From: a plasmid
Sequence record: NZ_CP022360.1
Direction: 5' to 3' (one strand)
Length of the DNA: 10,479 bases
This document shows, piece after piece, positions 1-4,569 of this stretch. Each line of letters begins with the position of its first letter. The stretch's first letter is position 1. Position numbers and translations under genes: made by a program. Below the pieces are notes generated by a model. It was not told the origin of the DNA. It was given only the letters and a program-made list of their open reading frames with translations, and did no database searches.

Positions 1-34
1 GGTGATGAGAAGAAAGCGTTGGAAGGAATAAATT

Positions 35-133
35 ATGACCATTGTTGATTATATCTTAGTATCATCCCCGTTGCTGTTAGTGGTAGCTTTAGGTGTAATG
101 TATTTTAAAAATCATCATAAAGACTCTAACTAA
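35..133 (+). CDS. Small hydrophobic peptide, 32 aa (MTIVDYILVSSPLLLVVALGVMYFKNHHKDSN), one predicted TM segment; function unknown
   Basis: ATG at 35 is preceded by GGAAGGA at 21-27 with 7-nt spacing. TAA stop at 131-133. An intrinsic terminator follows. Not in the ORF track because it is below the size cutoff. Size and composition resemble the peptide at 1678..1776. Confidence 0.35.
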   Translation: MTIVDYILVSSPLLLVVALGVMYFKNHHKDSN

Positions 134-148
134 TAAAATTTTCATTAT

Positions 149-178
149 AAAAAAGCCTTGTAAAAACAAGGCTTTTTT
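149..178. terminator. Rho-independent terminator, probably bidirectional: A-run, stem AAGCCTTG / CAAGGCTT with loop TAAAAA, then TTTTTT
   Basis: Stem 153-160 pairs with 167-174. T-run 173-178, A-run 150-154 on the opposite side. Confidence 0.55.
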
Positions 179-273
179 ATGCCATAAATTTGGTTTTGTT
201 ATCTAATCCCCCCGATTTGAAAATCGTCCGGATAGTTAAAAAAGCAAAACCGGTCAAAAAATTTATAAAACAA

Positions 274-288
274 TTTTGCATTGCAAAA
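274..288. repeat. Palindrome family copy 1: TTTTGCATTGCAAAA followed by TTATCT. Lies directly after the stop of CDS 289..579.
   Basis: Exact 15-bp palindrome. The 21-bp stretch ttttgcattgcaaaattatct is identical to copy 2. Confidence 0.85.
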
Positions 289-579
289 TTATCTACGCCT
301 TCTAAAAAAAGCACTTGGCAGATAAAACAATGGAAATAACACAGTATAAACAACCGCATACAATGCACTGTGCGGCTTTTTTGAAGCAAAATATTTACAA
401 TAACCCCAATAGCCGATCAGCGTAAAAGTAAACGAAACGGAAGCCGCCACAAGATATTGGCTCGATAGGGTGACATCGGACTCCTGAATCGCAAGCCAGG
501 CAAAACCCAGCATACAAGATGAGATGATCACACACGGCAACGCATGGGCCCAAAACGCATTCAACGATACTTTATCCAT
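289..579 (-). CDS. Small integral membrane protein, 96 aa, three predicted TM helices, C-terminal FFRRRR tail; holin-like architecture; function unknown
   Basis: ATG at 579 on the minus strand with GAGAGG about 8 nt upstream. The ORF-track TTG at 588 is probably not the start. Three hydrophobic stretches of 19-21 aa. Lies 24 nt downstream of CDS 604..906, so operon-like. Confidence 0.6.
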   Translation of the reverse strand: MDKVSLNAFWAHALPCVIISSCMLGFAWLAIQESDVTLSSQYLVAASVSFTFTLIGYWGYCKYFASKKPHSALYAVVYTVLFPLFYLPSAFFRRRR

Positions 580-603
580 TAAAAACAACCTCTCGATTAC
601 AAT

Positions 604-906
604 TTATGCTTCTCTAATCATTGAAAAGCCATGCTTAATCCCACTAAGACACTCTCTTTCAATATGCTTTTCACTACCCGCTAATGAGGCAATAGCTATG
701 CCGATCTCATTAGCTAAATCACATACCTCAATATCCTTCTGTGGAAGATCGCTTAAGGCTGCCATTAGCTTAGTTATGAACATTTCAACATCAACTCGAT
801 TTGATACAGTGGCTTGTTCACGCAAGTAAGCCTCAAGAACGGCAGGATTGGCGAGCGCCGCAGCTTTAACTTCTGCAAATGGAATACCTTTAACCTTGTT
901 ATTCAC
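604..906 (-). CDS. TraJ-like ribbon-helix-helix DNA-binding protein, candidate oriT-recognising relaxosome accessory factor, about 100 aa
   Basis: GTG at 906 is preceded by AAGGTGG with 6-nt spacing; the ORF-track alternative is TTG at 960. The N-terminal segment KVKGIPFAEVKAAALANPAVLEAYL resembles RP4 TraJ KVYCLPDERRAIEEKAAAAGMSLSAYL (E-x-KAAA...L-x-AYL). The gene is transcribed away from the RP4-like nick region at 1037-1061, as traJ is in RP4. Confidence 0.55.
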   Translation of the reverse strand: MNNKVKGIPFAEVKAAALANPAVLEAYLREQATVSNRVDVEMFITKLMAALSDLPQKDIEVCDLANEIGIAIASLAGSEKHIERECLSGIKHGFSMIREA

Positions 907-916
907 TATTATCCAC

Positions 917-931
917 CTTGATTTTGTAACT
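917..931 (-). promoter_or_regulatory. Shared operator-like motif AGTTACAAAATCAAG (reads on the minus strand) between a putative extended -10 (TGTGATAAT, plus coordinates 960-968) and the RBS of CDS 604..906
   Basis: Exact 15-mer is also present at 2394-2408. Related copies at 1321-1345 and 3298-3312. Confidence 0.5.
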
Positions 932-1008
932 TTTTCAATAATTGAGGTTGCTTGATTCAATTATCACAGGGAAGGAATTGAGCGCCGGAATGGAGCGAAT
1001 ATATCCAA

Positions 1009-1062
1009 GTGAATAGGGCAGCCTGATTTATCAAGGTAGGCCTACTTCACACATCCTGCCCA
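1009..1062 (+). other. Origin of transfer, IncP/RP4 (MOBP)-type. Imperfect inverted repeat 1009-1027 / 1034-1052, then nick region ACTTCACACATCCTG|CCC. Predicted nick between 1058 and 1059.
   Basis: GGCCTACTTCACACATCCTGCCC at 1039-1061 matches RP4 oriT GGCCTACTTCACCTATCCTGCCC at 21 of 23 positions. The left arm AAGTGAATAGGGCAGCCTG is an imperfect reverse complement of CAAGGTAGGCCTACTTCAC, as in RP4. A TraJ-like gene is divergent on the left, the same layout as RP4. Confidence 0.6.
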
Positions 1063-1320
1063 GTATTATATTCCGCATTTATCCATGTTTTTTTACGGTT
1101 ATTTAGCGGTTTCAGTGCGTAAAAGCTCAACCATACAAAAAACCGCTATAAACCTGAACAATACGAAGAAAAGCCGTGGTATATCAGTGGTAAATACGCG
1201 CTATATACTGGCTATATACCTTCCATGCCCTACATCCTACACGGGATAATCAATACGTCTCAATATGGTATCCGTCATATAGGTTTTATGGCCTAACTAT
1301 ATTGATACGTATTTACTCAA

Positions 1321-1345
1321 ACTTGATTTTGAAACAAAATCAAGT
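1321..1345. promoter_or_regulatory. Perfect 11-3-11 palindrome ACTTGATTTTG-AAA-CAAAATCAAGT upstream of the RHH gene; putative operator carrying a TTGATT -35-like hexamer
   Basis: Exact inverted repeat. Each half is the CTTGATTTTG core of the shared motif. Confidence 0.55.
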
Positions 1346-1427
1346 TCAGATTGGCTATAAGCACAGCATGACAACTGGATACCAATCGATGTAATGTCGT
1401 TTTACATCTTCTATGTTGAGGTTTGCT

Positions 1428-1670
1428 ATGAGTGTCATGTCAGTACGCTTATCCGATGAAATCGAACAAAAGCGAGTACAGCTTGCTCAGTTAACAGGTA
1501 GAACGAAATCTTGGCTGGCGAAGCAAGCGACTCAGGATTATCTAGCTCTGGAAGCATGGCAAATAGCAGAAATCCATGCCGCGCTATGCGAAGCAGATGC
1601 TGGTGATTTTGTGTCAGAAAACGAAATGAACGCCAAGTTTAAGCGTTGGGGGGGAATGAATACAGATTGA
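1428..1670 (+). CDS. Ribbon-helix-helix (CopG/RelB/ParD-like) antitoxin-type DNA-binding protein, 80 aa; no cognate toxin gene downstream
   Basis: ATG at 1428 with GAGG 7 nt upstream (ORF-track start 1413 also possible). N-terminus MSVRLSDEIEQ...LAQLTGRTKS is a typical RHH beta-strand/helix. The C-terminal tail DAGDFVSENEMNAKFKRWG is typical of RelE/ParE-partner antitoxins. Nothing credible is encoded after the TGA at 1668-1670. Confidence 0.75.
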   Translation: MSVMSVRLSDEIEQKRVQLAQLTGRTKSWLAKQATQDYLALEAWQIAEIHAALCEADAGDFVSENEMNAKFKRWGGMNTD

Positions 1671-1677
1671 GTTAGAA

Positions 1678-1776
1678 CTATTCTTTAAAACCTTTGTATA
1701 AGACCACTCCGGATGCGATGACTAAACCGAGTGTCACGAACATGACGAAGATAGACCATAGTTGTAGCTCACTCAT
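1678..1776 (-). CDS. Small hydrophobic peptide, 32 aa (MSELQLWSIFVMFVTLGLVIASGVVLYKGFKE), one TM segment; convergent with the RHH gene
   Basis: ATG at 1776 on the minus strand with GAGG 6 nt upstream. TAG at 1678-1680. A possible promoter TTAACA-17-CATAAA lies upstream. Below the ORF-track cutoff. Confidence 0.4.
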   Translation of the reverse strand: MSELQLWSIFVMFVTLGLVIASGVVLYKGFKE

Positions 1777-1941
1777 AATATACCTCTGCTCAGTTTATGT
1801 TCTTCCGCGCTGTTAATGTTAACAACCACCCCATGAAGGAGCAATGCAAATTGCCCTTACGCTAAGATAAAAAATGCTTATCTAAAGGGGTAATTTTGCA
1901 ACTCATAAATAACCGTTAATGCTGAAATCATGCTCACGTTT

Positions 1942-1956
1942 TTTTGCATTGCAAAA
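1942..1956. repeat. Palindrome family copy 2: TTTTGCATTGCAAAA + TTATCT
   Basis: Exact. About 128 nt downstream of the stop of CDS 2084..2347 on the minus strand. Confidence 0.85.
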
Positions 1957-2014
1957 TTATCTCTCGAAAATGATGCTAAAAAACGGCAAATACGGCCCAC
2001 CCTTTTGGCCCTTA

Positions 2015-2032
2015 TTTTTTGCATTGCAAAAA
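2015..2032. repeat. Palindrome family copy 3: TTTTTTGCATTGCAAAAA (18 bp), followed by a partial repeat TCCATTGCATTT
   Basis: Exact palindrome. 51 nt downstream of the stop of CDS 2084..2347. Confidence 0.85.
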
Positions 2033-2059
2033 TCCATTGCATTTAACGCGCCTGTTTCA

Positions 2060-2082
2060 CGGTGTTGCACTGTGCAACACCG
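2060..2082. repeat. Perfect 23-bp palindrome CGGTGTTGCAC-T-GTGCAACACCG directly after the stop of CDS 2084..2347; readable as 8-7-8 (CGGTGTTG / CACTGTG / CAACACCG), a layout like a tyrosine-recombinase core site
   Basis: Exact inverted repeat. No U-run follows, so it is not a canonical terminator. Confidence 0.7.
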
Positions 2083-2083
2083 C

Positions 2084-2347
2084 CTAGAACGGCATGGTTT
2101 TAAAGCTAATATTCTGCTTATTGTCATCGAGCGAGCGCAGATACACTGGCTCAGATTCCTGCCCATTTTTATAATGGCTATTCAGGTAAGCGGTCTCGTC
2201 TAAGTGGGTGATTAGCGCCTTGATCACCTCTTGGTACTTCTCAGGAACCCGCATCACCACAGTCTTTTCATACTTGGTTTTACGACCAGCACCAGGACGA
2301 GCGCCGCCATGCTGCCCTTTTACAATGGAAATTTGTTCTTCTTTCAT
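2084..2347 (-). CDS. Small basic protein, 87 aa, with N-terminal GGARPGAGRK Gly/Arg motif; putative DNA-binding accessory protein of the adjacent recombinase. A role as recombination directionality factor is a guess.
   Basis: ATG at 2347 with GGAGGTGA 5-6 nt upstream. Has its own consensus promoter (see 2379..2406). Lies immediately downstream of the integrase gene. Confidence 0.7.
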   Translation of the reverse strand: MKEEQISIVKGQHGGARPGAGRKTKYEKTVVMRVPEKYQEVIKALITHLDETAYLNSHYKNGQESEPVYLRSLDDNKQNISFKTMPF

Positions 2348-2378
2348 AGCTCACCTCCATTTTATTTTCATATTAATT

Positions 2379-2406
2379 ATTATACTTGAATAAGTTACAA
2401 AATCAA
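2379..2406 (-). promoter_or_regulatory. Sigma70 promoter on the minus strand: TTGATT (2406-2401), 16-nt spacer, TATAAT (2384-2379). Drives the 87-aa gene and contains the shared motif AGTTACAAAATCAAG (2394-2408).
   Basis: Consensus -10 and near-consensus -35 read directly from the sequence. Confidence 0.65.
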
Positions 2407-2411
2407 GTTAC

Positions 2412-3281
2412 TTAACGACCTAAATACACAGCAGTAACTTGTAACCGGCTATGCCCTAACTCACCGGTTATCACAGTTCTGGCGTACCTATCAGCGGCTT
2501 GTTGCGCCGCGGGTAATGAACCAACAGAAACACCCGATACCGCCGGACATTCAAAACCGGTCAGTTCCACATAACGGCGATGAGCGTAGCTGTGCCTTAA
2601 CCCATGTGCCCTATCCAATCCAATTTTTATACAGGTATTTTCATAGCGTTTCATTTGCTGCACATAACTGAGTTCTTTCGGAATAAGCGATCTGCCGGCA
2701 GCTAATGCTTTCGCCTCTGCCAATAGTTCATGCTGAGCAGCCGTTAAAATCTGGATCGCGCGATCTCGACCGCCTTTGCACCAGGACGCATCAAGTACCA
2801 AACGATCACCCCGATCCGCTTTCGCCGGCTGGATCTTCATGGCTTCTTCACGCCGTAATCCAAACGCTGCCTGCAGGCGCAAGGACATTTGCACATACTG
2901 ATCGGTTATCAAATTTAGTCGCATATCACTCAATTTTCGGCTCTTATTTTCATTGGTGACATACACTCTACGGCTAATCCCCACCGAGTCATTGGAGCGC
3001 GGTATAAGGCCATTTTTACCGATTTTTTCCGCTAACCACCGTAGATGTGCCATACGATTTTTAATCGTGCCCAGGGCAAGGCCCTCAGCTTGCCAATGAG
3101 TAACTAATGCTTCGATGTGCTTAGGTTTTAAATTATTGAGTTTAAGCCCTTTAAAACCCAAGGCAACGAGCTGTTTATCGACTAATTTTATGGTTTTGAA
3201 TCGTTCTGATTTAGTCGCAAAAGAGCTTGGGTTGTGCTGCCGCAATAGCTTGCTGGCCTCAAAAAAGAAATTGGTCGCCAT
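2412..3281 (-). CDS. Tyrosine-type site-specific recombinase/integrase, 289 aa
   Basis: Catalytic signature is present: LRREE (Arg I), HGLRHSYAHRRY (H-x-x-R box II), LGHSRLQVTAVYLG (His/Tyr nucleophile region). AAGGTG lies 4 nt before the ATG. Confidence 0.9.
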   Translation of the reverse strand: MATNFFFEASKLLRQHNPSSFATKSERFKTIKLVDKQLVALGFKGLKLNNLKPKHIEALVTHWQAEGLALGTIKNRMAHLRWLAEKIGKNGLIPRSNDSVGISRRVYVTNENKSRKLSDMRLNLITDQYVQMSLRLQAAFGLRREEAMKIQPAKADRGDRLVLDASWCKGGRDRAIQILTAAQHELLAEAKALAAGRSLIPKELSYVQQMKRYENTCIKIGLDRAHGLRHSYAHRRYVELTGFECPAVSGVSVGSLPAAQQAADRYARTVITGELGHSRLQVTAVYLGR

Positions 3282-3288
3282 AATGCAC

Positions 3289-3310
3289 CTTGAAAAAGTT
3301 ACACAATCAA
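3289..3310 (-). promoter_or_regulatory. Near-duplicate (20/22) of the 2385-2406 promoter element, immediately upstream of the integrase RBS. On the minus strand it reads TTGATTGTGTAACTTTTTCAAG, but it lacks a good -10.
   Basis: Plus strand cttgaaaaagttacacaatcaa versus cttgaataagttacaaaatcaa. Confidence 0.5.
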
Positions 3311-3333
3311 AAAATAGAATTTAATTTTGAGAT

Positions 3334-3363
3334 AAAAAGCACGCCCATTCGGGCGTGTTTTAA
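3334..3363. terminator. Bidirectional intrinsic terminator: AAAAA GCACGCCC ATTC GGGCGTG TTTT
   Basis: 7-bp GC-rich stem 3340-3346 / 3351-3357. T-run 3358-3361 on the plus strand. On the minus strand the stem is followed by CTTTTT. Confidence 0.55.
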
Positions 3364-3708
3364 GAGGAATATATTTCTCGAGGGCTAACAACACGGCGAC
3401 CTATTTCTAGGCCATTTCGGAATTCAGTTCAGTGTTAATGCTCGTTCTGACTGCCGACACAGAAAGAACCCACCGGCAAACCGGTGATATTGAGCGAGTG
3501 TTGTTACGGGCAATTGCCCAAATGGTGTGGCTCTGTTGAGCGCAAACATCCAAATATAATGACCCATAAGCTCTGTTGAGCTTGGAGATTACTAGGTGAT
3601 CAAAGAGGTTTCGTTATTTGGCATCAATGGATGCGAGGTGAAGAAACTTGACTGTACCTCATGCTAAATTACAGCGCAAGCCACTGCTTCGGCGTCACGC
3701 CTCAAAAA

Positions 3709-3807
3709 GCAAAAAATGACGCTACCCCCGCATGAGGAACACCATTTGGGGGTAGTGTCACTCCCTTAAAATGGAGTGACACTACCCCGCTTGACGTCAT
3801 TTTTTGC
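3709..3807. repeat. Nested inverted-repeat element: outer 13-bp IR GCAAAAAATGACG / CGTCATTTTTTGC enclosing a perfect 16-bp-stem hairpin (GGGGTAGTGTCACTCC-cttaaaat-GGAGTGACACTACCCC) and a competing 8-bp stem (CTACCCCC / GGGGGTAG). Contains TGACGTCA.
   Basis: Coordinates read directly: 3709-3721, 3722-3729, 3748-3755, 3749-3764, 3773-3788, 3795-3807. Confidence 0.7.
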
Positions 3808-3999
3808 TCATTGAAAGAACTAGCCACTTTGCTCTTGGCGATAGACTTCGCTAATCACCTATCGCTCAGAGGCCCTAAAATGCGTTTTAAGCAACATTTT
3901 TAAAAAATGGCATGTTGCTATACGTTTATCTTTTTAGCGGGTTTTACAGCGTTTTAACCATGTTAGCATTGATGATAGAGGTGGATTTACCTCCTTCCT

Positions 4000-4270
4000 G
4001 CTAGACCTGAGCGAAGCGATGCTTTTAGCAAGAAGTACAGCACGTTTGTTGTTAAACGGTCGGAGACAAACGGAACTAATAGCGAGGTTTTTATGCTCGC
4101 CCCTAGCGAAGCTAGGAAATGGCGAGGCATTAATGGGTAAGGGTGGAGCCTTTAGGCGAACTAGGGCGAAGCCCTTGGTCGCGGCGCAGCCGCTGCTCTT
4201 GGGGGCGCCGGAAACGAGCGAAGCGAGGGGAAGGGCCGGCGGGGGCAAAGCCCCCTGGAGGGGTTCTTAC
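4000..4270. other. GC-rich island (non-coding by my reading) with a cluster of tri-loop mini-hairpins: CCTAGC-GAA-GCTAGG (4102-4116), GGGC-GAA-GCCC (4162-4172), GCGGC-GCA-GCCGC (4182-4194), GGGGGC-AAA-GCCCCC (4241-4255). GAGCGAAGCGA is repeated at 4010-4020 and 4216-4226.
   Basis: Contrasts with the AT-rich surroundings. Contains the GCGAAGC motif four times. The ORF-track frames here (3934..4248 minus, 4019..4285 plus) overlap each other and give low-complexity Ala/Arg/Gly-rich translations. Confidence 0.6.
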
Positions 4271-4284
4271 TTCCCGAAATTTTA

Positions 4285-4500
4285 AAGTTTTCCACATGAT
4301 TTTTACTTTGTAAGATCTTTATCTTTCTTGTTTGTATAGATCTTTCTTGTTTGTAGCACCTCTGAACACCTTGATACGCAATGATTTCAGCGGTGATAGG
4401 TGGAGAGATTTACGGTGAAAAGCACTTTATAGGAGGAGAGATTTACGGTGAAAACAGAACTGATAGGTGGAGAAATTTACGGTCATATCCACAAATTAAA
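4285..4500. other. Vegetative replication origin (oriV) of an iteron-type theta replicon: DnaA-box-like TTTTCCACA (4288-4296), AT-rich tract with GATC at 4314-4317 and 4339-4342 and a 16-bp direct repeat ATCTTTCTTGTTTGTA (4321-4336, 4340-4355), iteron array, DnaA-box-like ATATCCACA (4485-4493)
   Basis: Classic layout directly upstream of a Rep_3-type rep gene. Confidence 0.75.
4395..4486 (+). repeat. Three iterons, about 27 bp each, consensus (G/T)ATAGGWGGAGARATTTACGGTGAAAA, at 4395-4421, 4428-4454, 4462-4486, with 33-34 bp periodicity
   Basis: Direct repeats read from the sequence. Confidence 0.8.
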
Positions 4501-4519
4501 GAGAAGTTAATTTACAACT

Positions 4520-4544
4520 ATTCCTCCTATATGTAAGGTGGAAT
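4520..4544. promoter_or_regulatory. Inverted repeat ATTCCTCC-n9-GGTGGAAT containing an iteron half (GGTGGA) between the origin and the repA start; putative Rep autorepression operator
   Basis: 8-bp arms with one mismatch. The spacer TATATGTAA could serve as a -10. Confidence 0.5.
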
Positions 4545-4569
4545 AATCTATCAACAATATCTCCTTTGT

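Noticed and set aside
177-389. ORF 177..389 (minus strand), and also 524..829 (plus strand)
   Set aside because: They overlap or lie antisense to the better-supported genes 289..579 and 604..906. 177..389 runs through the terminator and palindrome. No RBS.
1101-1150. KorB-operator-like TTTAGCGGTTT ... AAACCGCTA inverted repeat near the oriT
   Set aside because: Only 9/13 to the IncP KorB box and split by a 27-bp spacer. Recorded as a simple inverted repeat, not as an IncP operator.
1919-2393. ORFs 1919..2203 (+), 1957..2166 (-), 2208..2393 (+)
   Set aside because: Antisense to or overlapping the well-supported 87-aa gene (2084..2347), or lying across the palindrome cluster. No translation signals.
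2705-3324. ORFs 2705..2959 (+) and 3115..3324 (+), and also 4551..4811 (-), 5121..5336 (+), 8736..8933 (+)
   Set aside because: All are embedded antisense or out-of-frame within strongly supported CDSs (integrase, repA, lipoprotein) and lack RBSs.
3709-3807. Retron (msr/msd) interpretation of the nested hairpin flanked by inverted repeats
   Set aside because: No reverse-transcriptase gene anywhere in the window, and no conserved branching-G context could be identified.
3934-4285. ORF-track frames 3934..4248 (minus) and 4019..4285 (plus) in the GC-rich island
   Set aside because: They overlap each other on opposite strands. The translations are low-complexity Ala/Arg/Gly/Pro runs typical of GC-rich non-coding DNA. 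There is no RBS. The region is better explained by its hairpin repeats.
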